Assembly (NCBI GenBank): GCA_050789255.1
Contig: JBOZRQ010000035.1
Span: forward strand, 282 to 64,281
From: Symbiobacteriaceae bacterium
GTDB taxonomy: Bacteria; Bacillota; Sulfobacillia; Symbiobacteriales; Symbiobacteriaceae
DNA: 64,000 bases
Direction of reading: 5' to 3'
In this document: in pieces, positions 10,369 to 19,272 of the stretch
How positions within the stretch are numbered: position 1 is the first letter of the stretch
Layout of the letters: every line of letters starts with the position of its first letter
Made by a program: the position numbers and the translations under genes
Notes under the pieces: model-generated
Databases searched by the model: none
Told to the model about the DNA's origin: nothing
The model's input: only the letters and a program-made list of their open reading frames with translations

Positions 10369-11323
10369 CATCGGCGGGGCGGCGCCCCGACCGGAGCCAC
10401 CAGGCCAGGCCCAGCAGGCCCGTCACCAGCCCGACGAGGTACTTGCCCTCCGGGGGCAGCCCCTTCATCGGGGTGACGAAACCCTCGATCACTGCGGCGA
10501 TGACGAAGAACGGGATGGAGCCGATCACCAGCTTCACGGCGGTGCGGGCGGCCTGTGCGAAGGCATCCTTGCGGGTCAGGTCACCAGGTACGATCAGCCC
10601 CCAGCCCAGAATCAGGCCAGCGGCCCCGCACAGGAAGATCGCCATCAACTCAAGCGCCCCGTGCGGCACGATCAGCGACCAGAAGTCGTAGGAAAGCCCG
10701 GCCCTGAAGTAATGCGCCGCGAGTGCGCCCACCAGCAGCCCGTTTTGGAACAGGATCAACCCGGTCCCGATCCCCAACGTGACCCCTAGCCCGAAGGCGA
10801 AGATGCCTACTCGGATGTTGTTTAGCATGATCATCGTGCCGATGATGGGCCGCTGTTCGACCGCCCACTCGGCGCCGCCCTCTCTCGGGGTGAGCCGGCG
10901 AATCTGGTCGGGTACCAGTGCATCGGCCAGGTTGGGGTCGTACAGAATGGCCAGGAACCCGACGAGTCCGCCCAGCACCATCAATCCGGTGGAGAGGGCC
11001 AGCGGCCGCCAGTTGGCTCGGATGGTGCGTGGCACATCGTCCCGGAAGAAGGCGATCAGCGCCTTGATGCGCTGGGGCCGTTCGGCATAAACCATATGGT
11101 GCGCCTTCCCGACCAGCTGGTTCAGGTACTGGCTGGTGGCGCTGTTTGGGAAATAGGTGCGGGCATAGGCCAGATCGGATGCGGTTTGCCGGTAGAGCCG
11201 GCCCAGCCGCTCCACCTGCTCCAGCGGCAGCTTGCGGGCGCCCTGCTTCTGCATGAGCGTCAGAATCTGCGCCAACTCCTGCCACTGGGCCTGGCGGCGG
11301 GATACGAACTGGTCCTGGTTCAT
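10346..11323 (-). CDS. SpoIIM-like (DUF95) integral membrane protein
   Basis: 343-aa ORF; I prefer the ATG at 11323 (MNQDQFVSRRQAQWQEL...), with 11377 as the alternative. It has several C-terminal TM helices, and its 3' end overlaps DUF58 convergently by 23 nt. Confidence 0.7.
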   Translation of the reverse strand: MNQDQFVSRRQAQWQELAQILTLMQKQGARKLPLEQVERLGRLYRQTASDLAYARTYFPNSATSQYLNQLVGKAHHMVYAERPQRIKALIAFFRDDVPRTIRANWRPLALSTGLMVLGGLVGFLAILYDPNLADALVPDQIRRLTPREGGAEWAVEQRPIIGTMIMLNNIRVGIFAFGLGVTLGIGTGLILFQNGLLVGALAAHYFRAGLSYDFWSLIVPHGALELMAIFLCGAAGLILGWGLIVPGDLTRKDAFAQAARTAVKLVIGSIPFFVIAAVIEGFVTPMKGLPPEGKYLVGLVTGLLGLAWWLRSGRRPADAKAAPAP

Positions 11324-11360
11324 CCTCTCACTGCCTTTGGGGGTGTCTTCCGTGTCTAAT

Positions 11361-12113
11361 ATGATTCGTATCGACACGCCGGAAAGCGTCGATCTGTCCC
11401 TCGAACCCGCGGGGTTCGGCAGCCGGTTTCTCGCCGCCTTCGTGGATGGCTTGGTTCAGGCTGCAGGGGTGCTGTCGATCGTTCTGATGTTAATTCCGCT
11501 GCAGTTGTTCTTCCGCTTTGGCGGACTTGCTGGCGGCCTCAGTTCAGCCGCTGTTACCGGAATTCTCCTCGTTTTGCTTGGACTCCTGTTCGTGCTTTAT
11601 AAACCGCTTATGGAGGCCATTTGGAACGGCCAGACCGTGGGCAAGCGGGCAGCCGGGATCCGGGTGGTGCGGAGCAACGGGCTCCCGGTTGGGGTTCTGG
11701 CGGTAATCATTCGCAACCTGCTGCGAATTGTTGACTACCTGCCCGTCTATTACTTGATCGGCTCGATCTGCGTCCTGGCGACAGAGCGAAACCAGCGGCT
11801 CGGAGACATGGCCGCCAGTACCGTTGTGATCAAGGAGAAGAAGCCCGTGGTGCCGGCAGTGCCAGCGCAGCTGTCGCACAAGCCGACCTGCAACCTGAAT
11901 GTGCTGCAGCAGTATGTGCTCCCGCTGCACGAGGCCGACCTCGTGGCCGCCCGCGGCTATTGGCAGCGCCGGTCCGGCTTTGACGAGGCCACCCGGCAGC
12001 GGCTGGCCCGGGTGATCGCCGAGGGCCTTGCCGTCCGCATGGGCTGGACGGAGCCGCTGCCCGAAGTGGCCGAGTGGTTCGTGGAAGAGGTCCTCTACGT
12101 GCGGGCCTCTTAG
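11361..12113 (+). CDS. RDD-family membrane protein
   Basis: Track ORF 11232..12113 trimmed to the ATG at 11361 (MIRIDTPESVDLSLEPAGFGSRFLAAFVDGLVQ), which gives an RDD-type N-terminus and TM pattern. Confidence 0.75.
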   Translation: MIRIDTPESVDLSLEPAGFGSRFLAAFVDGLVQAAGVLSIVLMLIPLQLFFRFGGLAGGLSSAAVTGILLVLLGLLFVLYKPLMEAIWNGQTVGKRAAGIRVVRSNGLPVGVLAVIIRNLLRIVDYLPVYYLIGSICVLATERNQRLGDMAASTVVIKEKKPVVPAVPAQLSHKPTCNLNVLQQYVLPLHEADLVAARGYWQRRSGFDEATRQRLARVIAEGLAVRMGWTEPLPEVAEWFVEEVLYVRAS

Positions 12114-12328
12114 GGCCCGTCCCAGGGATCATTGGCGCCCGCGTGGGGCAGCTCGGCGGCGCCCTCCGCGCCGCTCTGCCCGGGCACCACGTCCAGGAAC
12201 TGCGCCGGGCGGAACCCGGCAGCTTCACCCAGCGTGCCCTCCATGCCAACCAGCCCCGGAACGCCCAACCCGGTCGCCATGGCGATCGCCGTGGGGCTCT
12301 CGGGCTGGTTCTTCCTGTCCTCTGCCAT
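12110..12328 (-). CDS. hypothetical small acidic protein (72 aa)
   Basis: ATG at 12328 with an AGGAGG SD 11 nt upstream. About 90 percent of third positions are G/C. Sequence: MAEDRKNQPESPTAIAMATGLGVPGLVGMEGTLGEAAGF.... No recognisable domain. Confidence 0.35.
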   Translation of the reverse strand: MAEDRKNQPESPTAIAMATGLGVPGLVGMEGTLGEAAGFRPAQFLDVVPGQSGAEGAAELPHAGANDPWDGP

Positions 12329-12391
12329 TATCGCTGTCACCTCCTGACGCTAGTTTTGCTCCGCCCTCACCAAACTAGTGCCGCTACCCGG

Positions 12392-13417
12392 TTACTCCGC
12401 ATGGGGCCGGCCGGAGGCGCCAGTTCGGCTGATGATGGCAGCAGCATAGCTGCGCAGGCGGTTGAGAGCCTGCATAGCCTCCTGTTCATCGAGGAAATCG
12501 TCGGGTGCAAAGCGACCATCCGGCTTGGCGACCAGCAGACGGTGGCGCTGCACCTGTTCGATGGCCGCTGTCGCCCACGAGGGCCACTCGGCGAGGTCCG
12601 AGCGGAAGACGTCCCCCTCGCCGGGGTCGCCGTTCAGGGCCAGACTGAGAAGGTAGGCGGCCTGAGCCCGGGTGAGCGGGCCGTCCTGGCGCCACGGCAG
12701 TTCGGCCAACCGAGCCGACACCCCCGGCAGCCGGGAAAGTTCGGTGGCGAGCTCTCCCACGGGAACCCGCCCCTTCGCAAGGGGGGCGCCCGGCCCGACC
12801 AGTTCGAGGAAGAAACTCCGCAGTCCGGGCACCTCCCCGGGCAGGGGCAGGTCGGCAAGCTTCCACTCCGCCTTCCTGGCCTCCTCGGTTCCAAACAGGT
12901 GGGCGAAATCCTCGGCGAAGACCTCCGTAGGGAGCCGGTGCCAGTACGGGGCATTCATGCGGTACTCCGGACCAAGCCGTCGCACCGTGCGAAACTTCGA
13001 CCAGAGCTCGTCGGTCATCGTGCGGGCCGCCAGGGCGTGAGCAACCTCGTGGAGCACGGTCTCTTCAACCAGCGCTCGGTCCGGATTGTCGGAGCCGCTA
13101 AATAGGATCACCTCTCCGGAAATGGTGACGGCCACGGCGCGCCCGCCGCTGCTGACGATCTGGCGGTCGGTGAGGTAGATCGGGAACTCCTTGCCCAGCA
13201 GGGCTTCGAGGTCATAGGGATACTGGTGCTCGGCCAGGGCGTGCCTTACCCACTCCTCCGGTATCGGTCGATATCCGTCCTTCTGGTCCATGCGTACGCT
13301 CAAGCCACGGTACTCGTAAACCCCCGCCTCATTGATGGTCAGGCCCGCCGCGTCCGGAAAGGTGAATCCGGTGAGCAGGGCCCAAAGCAGAATCACCCCC
13401 CAGTAACGTCTGATCAT
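12392..13417 (-). CDS. secreted HExxH (putative zinc metallopeptidase) protein with C-terminal SLH-like domain
   Basis: N-terminal signal/anchor MIRRYWGVILLWALLTG and an HEVAH motif. The C-terminal segments (LTRAQAAYLLSLAL, RFAPDDFLDEQEAMQALNRL) look like S-layer homology repeats. Confidence 0.6.
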   Translation of the reverse strand: MIRRYWGVILLWALLTGFTFPDAAGLTINEAGVYEYRGLSVRMDQKDGYRPIPEEWVRHALAEHQYPYDLEALLGKEFPIYLTDRQIVSSGGRAVAVTISGEVILFSGSDNPDRALVEETVLHEVAHALAARTMTDELWSKFRTVRRLGPEYRMNAPYWHRLPTEVFAEDFAHLFGTEEARKAEWKLADLPLPGEVPGLRSFFLELVGPGAPLAKGRVPVGELATELSRLPGVSARLAELPWRQDGPLTRAQAAYLLSLALNGDPGEGDVFRSDLAEWPSWATAAIEQVQRHRLLVAKPDGRFAPDDFLDEQEAMQALNRLRSYAAAIISRTGASGRPHAE

Positions 13418-13562
13418 GCCCGATTCAACCCCTTCTTTTTCTTGTACTTACTGCCATTCTATTACAATTTTTATCAGATTTACATGAATCGATCTTCCTC
13501 TGCCGATGGGCCTGAGGTCCCACGCTGTTGCGGGATGACAGACAGGACTCCCGGGGCTTTGA

Positions 13563-13574
13563 CAAGAATTCTTG
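13563..13574. repeat. perfect 12-bp palindrome CAAGAATTCTTG overlapping a TTGACA hexamer
   Basis: Read directly. It lies about 65 nt upstream of the sigma-factor start and overlaps TTGACA at 13559-13564. Confidence 0.3.
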
Positions 13575-13635
13575 AGAACAGTGAGGAGATGGCCGCCCCG
13601 AAAGCGACTATGGGGTAGGCAAGGAGGTCGGAGGC

Positions 13636-14280
13636 TTGGGCTGGGTTGCATCCCAAACCGATGAAGCCCTGCTGCAGTCCGCCCTGAGCGGGCATCAGGA
13701 GGCATGGTCTGAACTGATCGACCGGTACCACGGGCGGGGTATGCAGTACATCCGCCGACAGATCGATGACCCTTACCTGGCGCAGGACATTATGCAGAAC
13801 CTGTGGATCAGCTTGGTCCAGGCGGTGAAACGCCAAGCGCCGGACCAGTTTGCCGCCCTCTACTGGACCCTCCTGAAGCGGCGGATTATCGATGAGCTGC
13901 GGAAAAAGGGGCGCGCAAAAGAGGCCGCCACCCTTGACGCACCGCTCGACAGCGGCGAGACCAGCGGCGACTCCCTGCTCGACCGCCAAACGGCTGACAC
14001 GCCCACCCCGGAGCAGCAAGCCCTGATCACCGAGGAGCGTGGGCTGCTCCAGCAGGCGCTGGAAGCGCTGCCCGACCACTACCGGCTGGTGATCGTTGCC
14101 CGGCAGCTGGAGGGGCGCTCAAACAAGGAGACGGCGGCCCTGCTCGTCTCCGAGGGCCTGGTCAGCGACGACGGCAACGTGGAGAAGCGCGTGGAGAACT
14201 ACTACTACCGCGGGCTCAAGGAGCTGCGCAAGCAACTCCTTGCCCTCGGATACTCAGACTTAGGAGGTGGCGCAGGATGA
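13636..14280 (+). CDS. sigma-70 family (ECF-like) RNA polymerase sigma factor
   Basis: TTG start with an AAGGAGG SD 8 nt upstream. It has a region 2 (LIDRYHGRGMQYIRRQI...DIMQNLWISLV) and a region 4 (LPDHYRLVIVARQLEGRSNKETAALL). Confidence 0.8.
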   Translation: MGWVASQTDEALLQSALSGHQEAWSELIDRYHGRGMQYIRRQIDDPYLAQDIMQNLWISLVQAVKRQAPDQFAALYWTLLKRRIIDELRKKGRAKEAATLDAPLDSGETSGDSLLDRQTADTPTPEQQALITEERGLLQQALEALPDHYRLVIVARQLEGRSNKETAALLVSEGLVSDDGNVEKRVENYYYRGLKELRKQLLALGYSDLGGGAG

Positions 14281-14861
14281 CGAGGCCCATCGATGCGGTG
14301 CTGGCCGAGGCCTTACAGCGCCTGGAGGCGTCCGGCCGGCTGGACGTCCCGACCTACGTGTCCGCCTACCCCGAGTATGCCGACGAACTCCGGGAGCTGC
14401 TCCCGGTGCTCCAGACTCTGCACAAAGAACGGCGCTGGCAGCGGGCCGAGGCCGAAAGCCGCGCCTTTGCCATGAACCTGTTCGCCGAACTGGCACCTCA
14501 GGCCGACACGGTCAGCACGCTCTTCCACCGGGAGCGGGAGCTGGCCGGGCTCTCCCTGGAGGAGCAGGCCCGCCGGTCGGGGCTGCCCGCCAGGGCGCTG
14601 GAAGCGCTGGACCGCGAGAGCACCCCGGTCGGCGCCCTGGACAACGCCGCCATCAAGCAAATCGCCGCCCGGGTCTCGGCCCCCTTCGCCGCCCTGGCCA
14701 AGGAGGTGCGCCGCCTCCTGTCCATCGAGGCGCTCTCCGGGGCAGGTCCCCAGGCCGTCTTCACCCGCGATAAGGAAACCAGCACCGAAGAGGAGCAAAA
14801 GGCGCTCCTTGAGAAGGTGCGTGAGGCGGCCCGCAAGCCGCCGGAGCAAGGGCAAAAATGA
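14277..14861 (+). CDS. hypothetical protein with XRE-like helix-turn-helix segment (possible anti-sigma or ImmR-like partner)
   Basis: ATGA overlap with the sigma gene. The central RERELAGLSLEEQARRSGLPARALEALDRE resembles an XRE HTH. The C-terminus is charged. Confidence 0.55.
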   Translation: MTRPIDAVLAEALQRLEASGRLDVPTYVSAYPEYADELRELLPVLQTLHKERRWQRAEAESRAFAMNLFAELAPQADTVSTLFHRERELAGLSLEEQARRSGLPARALEALDRESTPVGALDNAAIKQIAARVSAPFAALAKEVRRLLSIEALSGAGPQAVFTRDKETSTEEEQKALLEKVREAARKPPEQGQK

Positions 14862-15412
14862 ACGCCGTGCCAACCCGTGCGGAACTGGAGGCCCGACGGG
14901 TCCTGCAAGAGGCCCGGGTGGAGCTGGAGTCTCTGGGCGAGCGTTGGGACGGCTACGTGATCGACGTGGAGCTAATCGCCACACTCTCCTTCAGCCTTGG
15001 CGTGCAAAAGGTACCCGACCTGCGGGTCGGCGAGCGGGAGTACGCCGCCTTTCTGAACGGCGACGCCCGGCTGGTGGCGGTTGAGGCTCAGCACCACGAA
15101 CATCGGCAGCGCTTCTCCATTGCCCACGAGATCGGCCACTTCGTGCTGCACTACTTGCCGGCGCCGGCAGAGCGCAGCCTGTTTGTCTGCTCCACGGCCG
15201 ACATGGAGGTGAACGACGGTCAGGCCCTCTCCCGGCACCTGCGGCGGGAGTGGGAGGCCAACCTGTTCGCCGGAGAGCTGCTCATGCCAGAGCAAGCCGT
15301 GGTGGCCATGTACCGGGTGATCGGGGGCAGCGTCTTCAGGCTGGCCAAGCATTTCAAGGTCTCGTCGAAGGCGATGGAAATCCGGTTGTCGAGATTACGC
15401 CTTCCGTTCTAA
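14858..15412 (+). CDS. ImmA/IrrE-family metallo-endopeptidase
   Basis: ATGA overlap with the upstream gene. It has an HEIGHFVLH zinc motif and the downstream EANLFAGELLMP motif characteristic of ImmA/IrrE (DUF955). Confidence 0.8.
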   Translation: MNAVPTRAELEARRVLQEARVELESLGERWDGYVIDVELIATLSFSLGVQKVPDLRVGEREYAAFLNGDARLVAVEAQHHEHRQRFSIAHEIGHFVLHYLPAPAERSLFVCSTADMEVNDGQALSRHLRREWEANLFAGELLMPEQAVVAMYRVIGGSVFRLAKHFKVSSKAMEIRLSRLRLPF

Positions 15413-15420
15413 AAAAGTGG

Positions 15421-15453
15421 ACGCCCCCGCGAGGAGAACTCGCGGGGGCGTTC
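15421..15453 (+). terminator. 13-bp GC hairpin, terminator-like
   Basis: ACGCCCCCGCGAG (15421-15433) pairs with CTCGCGGGGGCGT (15439-15451). An A6 tract precedes it and only TT follows, so the T-run is better on the minus strand. Confidence 0.5.
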
Positions 15454-15503
15454 GACTTAGGTCTCAGAAAGTAACACACTCGAGTTAAGGGGAGGTTCCC
15501 ACC

Positions 15504-15857
15504 ATGGAGAACACGCTCACCACCGCTGCCCGGTCCTTTGCGCTGGAGAACGGCGCCCGCTGCATCATCAAGGCAGGTGTTTCCTACGATACCGCCGACT
15601 CCGCACTTCGCACGATGGCCGAGGCGCTGCTGGAGCGGGTTCGCGGGACGGGAATCGACCTGCTGGCCCTCCACCTGGACGGCGACACCCTGGTCGCCTC
15701 GGTGGATGACTCCGAGGCCGAGGAGCCGCTTTCGCCCCTCGCCTTCCATCAGGTGGTGCGCAAGCTCTCCTACGAGCTCCTGGGCCAGGTCTGGAACGGC
15801 CGCCTCGCCCCGGAGCCCACCGCCCCTGTCGCTGCTGAGATGGCGCTGGTGGCGTAA
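15504..15857 (+). CDS. hypothetical protein (117 aa)
   Basis: ATG preceded by an AAGGGGAGG SD. The composition is protein-like and no domain is recognised. Confidence 0.5.
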   Translation: MENTLTTAARSFALENGARCIIKAGVSYDTADSALRTMAEALLERVRGTGIDLLALHLDGDTLVASVDDSEAEEPLSPLAFHQVVRKLSYELLGQVWNGRLAPEPTAPVAAEMALVA

Positions 15858-17792
15858 CTATTCCGCTCGACCGATCTCTTCAACGGCGTCGGGGTTCTCC
15901 AGTGATGTGATATCGCCCAGGGGCTGGCCCAGGTAGCGAGCGCGAATGACCCGGCGCATCACCTTGGCGTTGCGGGTTTTGGGGATCTGGCGCACGAACT
16001 TGATCTCCTCAGGGCGCAGCGCCTTGCCCATGGCGGCGGCGACCTGCTCCTTGAGGGCCCTGCGGAGCTCCTCGCCAGGGGTTTGGCCGGGGCGCAGCAC
16101 CACGAAGCAGACGGCGCCCTCGCCCTTGACCGGGTGCGGCACGCCGATGGCGGCCGCCTCGGCCACGGCCGGGTGCGCCACCAGGGCTGACTCGAACTCG
16201 GCAGGGCCAACCCGCTTGCCAGCGATCTTGATGGTGTCGTCGCTGCGACCGTGGATGTACCAGAAGCCGTCCTCGTCGATCGAGGCGAAGTCCCCGTGGT
16301 ACCAAAGGTCGGGCCAGCGGGACCAGTAGGTGTTCACGTAGCGGTCGGGGTCGCGCCAGAAGCCGCGGGTCATGCCGGGCCACGGACCCCGGATTACCAG
16401 CTCCCCGACGGCGCCCCGCACGGGGTTGCCGGATTCGTCCACCACGTCGGCCGCCATGCCCAGGTTCGGACCGGCGAAGGAGGCGGGCTTGAGCGGGAGC
16501 ATCGGCGAGCAGCAGAGGATGCCGCCTGAGATCTCCGTGCCGCCGGAGTAGTTGATGATCGGGCAGCGCCCGCCGCCCACCTGGTTGAAGTACCACATGT
16601 AGGGGTCGGGGTTCCAGGGCTCCCCGGTGCTGCCGAGCACCCGCAGGCTGCTCAGGTCGTGCCTGCGCACGTGCTCCTCCCCGTGGGGCATGAGCGCCCG
16701 CACCAGCGTCGGCGAAATGCCCAGGTGGGTGATGCCGTGCTCCTCCACCATCGACCAGAGCCGGTCCGGCGCCGGGAAGTCGGGCGCCCCGTCGTAGAGG
16801 AACATGGTGCTGCCCAGCATGAGGGTGCCGAAGACCAGCCATGGGCCCATCATCCAGCCGATGTCGCTGAACCAGAACATAATGTCCTGCTCCTGCACAT
16901 CGAAGTGGTGGGCCATGTCCTGGGTCCCCTTCAAGGGGAACCCGGCATGCACATGGACGGCGCCCTTGGGCTTGCCTGTGGTGCCCGAGGTGTAAATGAT
17001 CATCAGCGGGTCCTCGGGGTCCATCCAGGCGGTGGAGTACTCCCGGGGCTTGCCGGCCACCAGGTCGTGCCACCACACATCGCGCCCCTCTGCCCAGGGC
17101 GTCTGGATCCCAGCCCGCCGGACCACTACCATCTTCTCCACAGTCGGAGACAAGGCCAGCGCCTCATCGGCGGTGGCCTTCATGTTCACCGGCTGGCCGC
17201 GCCGGAAGAAGCCGTCGGCGGTGATCAGGAGCTTGACCTCGGCGTCGTTCAGGCGGGCAGCCACGGCTTGTGGGGCGAACCCCGAGAAGATCGGGGTGAA
17301 GATCGCCCCCACCTTGGCTACCGCCATGATCGCCACGACCGTTTCCGGGATCATGGGCATGAAGATGCCTACCCGATCGCCCTTGGCGATGCCCAGCGCC
17401 TCCAGGCCGTGAGCGAACTGGTTGGCGGCTGCGTACAGGTCCCGGTAAGTCAGCTTGCGGACGGCGCCCTCCTCGCCCTCCCAAATGACCGCCACCTTGT
17501 TTTTCCGGTGGGTCGAGAGGTGCTTGTCGACGCAGTCGTTGGCCGTATTCATGGCGCCGCCCCTGAACCACCTGGCCCACGGCACGCCGGCGGACAGGTC
17601 GACCACCTGGTCGTAGGGGCGGAACCAATCGATGCCCAGGTCCTTCACCACCGCGTCCCAGAACCAGGAGACGTCAGCGGTGGAACGACGCAGAAGCTCC
17701 TCGTAGGTGGATATGCCATGTGCCTTCATCAACCGACGCACATGGCTCTTCTCCGTGTAAGCTTCACTAGGCCGCCAGATGATCTTATCCAT
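15858..17792 (-). CDS. acsA: acetyl-CoA synthetase (AMP-forming)
   Basis: 644 aa with the AMP-binding signature YTSGTTGKPKG and a full-length Acs-like sequence (WWHD..., GRSDDTIKIAGKRVGPAE). Confidence 0.95.
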   Translation of the reverse strand: MDKIIWRPSEAYTEKSHVRRLMKAHGISTYEELLRRSTADVSWFWDAVVKDLGIDWFRPYDQVVDLSAGVPWARWFRGGAMNTANDCVDKHLSTHRKNKVAVIWEGEEGAVRKLTYRDLYAAANQFAHGLEALGIAKGDRVGIFMPMIPETVVAIMAVAKVGAIFTPIFSGFAPQAVAARLNDAEVKLLITADGFFRRGQPVNMKATADEALALSPTVEKMVVVRRAGIQTPWAEGRDVWWHDLVAGKPREYSTAWMDPEDPLMIIYTSGTTGKPKGAVHVHAGFPLKGTQDMAHHFDVQEQDIMFWFSDIGWMMGPWLVFGTLMLGSTMFLYDGAPDFPAPDRLWSMVEEHGITHLGISPTLVRALMPHGEEHVRRHDLSSLRVLGSTGEPWNPDPYMWYFNQVGGGRCPIINYSGGTEISGGILCCSPMLPLKPASFAGPNLGMAADVVDESGNPVRGAVGELVIRGPWPGMTRGFWRDPDRYVNTYWSRWPDLWYHGDFASIDEDGFWYIHGRSDDTIKIAGKRVGPAEFESALVAHPAVAEAAAIGVPHPVKGEGAVCFVVLRPGQTPGEELRRALKEQVAAAMGKALRPEEIKFVRQIPKTRNAKVMRRVIRARYLGQPLGDITSLENPDAVEEIGRAE

Positions 17793-18631
17793 TACGAGAG
17801 CCCCCTTGCGTCAAGTTGCGCGAAAAAGTTATGTATGAGCTCGGTGAAATAGGTTGGGTATTCCATAGGGACCATGTGTCCCGTACAGGGCACCACGGCA
17901 GTGGGGTAGGCCGCTGCCCCGGGCAGATTGGCCTGCAGCCAGGCGGCTGTCTCAGCGAAGGGCGCCGGCTCGAACTGACCGATGACCACCTGCGTTGGCG
18001 CCGTAATGGTCGGCACCAGCTCCACCGGGGACGGCGGTTTCGGTTCGGGCCCGCGCACCCGCCGGGTCCAGAGGCTGAAATCGTTCGCCTCCACCATGGC
18101 CTGGATCGTCGTCCACGCCGCCGGGTTCAGGCGGGCCAGCTCGAACAGTGGGTCCTGCAGCCACCGCTGACGGGCGGCAGCCGCCCCAGCCTCCCGGGCG
18201 ATCTGCACCGGCGGGCTCCATGTCATGGTCGGAACAGGGAGCCATGGGCTGACCAGGACCAGGCTGCGGACCCGCTCGGGATGGCGCCCGGCCAGCCCGA
18301 TGGCGTCGAAGCCGCCCAGGGAGTGGCCGACCACGTGGCACGTGCTGATCTGTGCGTCATTTAGTACGGCGATCAGATCCCGAATCGGGTCGTGGTCCTC
18401 GCCAATCGGGTCAGAGTGGCCATGTCCACGGCGATCGGGAACCACACACCGGTAACGGGACTCCAGGGCATCGCTGTGGTAGGTCCACATGCCGCCCTCC
18501 AACACCGCACCGTGCAAGAAGAGCACCGGGTGGCCCTCGCCACCGACCTGGTAGTAGATACCGGCCGCAGTCACCGGCACAAGCGCTACCTCCTCCTGGC
18601 TATACGGGTTACGTGTGAACTGGTATTCCAC
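17792..18631 (-). CDS. alpha/beta-fold hydrolase
   Basis: 279 aa with the nucleophile elbow GHSLGG and an HG oxyanion motif (LFLHG). Its stop overlaps the acs start by 1 nt (TAATG), suggesting co-translation. Confidence 0.8.
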   Translation of the reverse strand: MEYQFTRNPYSQEEVALVPVTAAGIYYQVGGEGHPVLFLHGAVLEGGMWTYHSDALESRYRCVVPDRRGHGHSDPIGEDHDPIRDLIAVLNDAQISTCHVVGHSLGGFDAIGLAGRHPERVRSLVLVSPWLPVPTMTWSPPVQIAREAGAAAARQRWLQDPLFELARLNPAAWTTIQAMVEANDFSLWTRRVRGPEPKPPSPVELVPTITAPTQVVIGQFEPAPFAETAAWLQANLPGAAAYPTAVVPCTGHMVPMEYPTYFTELIHNFFAQLDARGLS

Positions 18632-18704
18632 CCGGTCTCCGGTTTTCCTCCGAATTCAAATATTATAAATAGATCAAGCTCGGTGGAAGGCGACACGATG
18701 CGAA

Positions 18705-18736
18705 GCGGCCGAGTCCGGAGGTCCGGGCTCGGCCGC
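18705..18736 (-). terminator. terminator-like hairpin after the ferredoxin gene
   Basis: GCGGCCGAGTCCGG pairs with CCGGGCTCGGCCGC with one mismatch. The U-tract is weak. Confidence 0.35.
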
Positions 18737-18745
18737 AAAGGTGTG

Positions 18746-19069
18746 CTATTCCGCTGGACGGGGTCCCGGATCGAGACCAGACGTGGCGACGGTCATGACC
18801 GGGCGGACCTTGAGATCGCCCGACACACGAATCTGGCAACCCAGGCGGACCTGATCGGGGTCGTGGCCCTTTTCGATGAGCTTGGTCCGCTCCGCCTCAC
18901 TCTGGGCGCCCGGATCGCCTTCCAGGACCTCCACCCGGCAGGACGTGCACCGAATATTGCCTCCGCACCGGTGCAGAACGTCCACCCCATTGTCCTCCAG
19001 GGCGAGCACCAGTTTGGTTCCCGCCGGAACCTCGAACACGCCCCGGCCCTCCACCTCAACCTTGGGCAC
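18746..19069 (-). CDS. 2Fe-2S ferredoxin
   Basis: 107 aa with a cysteine pattern (HRCGGNIRCTSCRV ... LGCQIRV) typical of 2Fe-2S ferredoxin-fold proteins. Confidence 0.75.
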   Translation of the reverse strand: MPKVEVEGRGVFEVPAGTKLVLALEDNGVDVLHRCGGNIRCTSCRVEVLEGDPGAQSEAERTKLIEKGHDPDQVRLGCQIRVSGDLKVRPVMTVATSGLDPGPRPAE

Positions 19070-19272
19070 TGTATGAACACCTCCCTATGCTTTCGTGGGT
19101 AAGACTCGCTGGGAGGATACGGCTGCTGGCATCCTCTGCAATCCCGAGCGGTGAACGGCTCCAATGGAGCGGTCAATTGCGGCCTGCGTTTCACCGCCAT
19201 CCCAGGGACGGCGCACACGTACCGCCGCTAAAATGGGGCTACATCTGGACAAACAAACGGAGGCTGGTCAGC

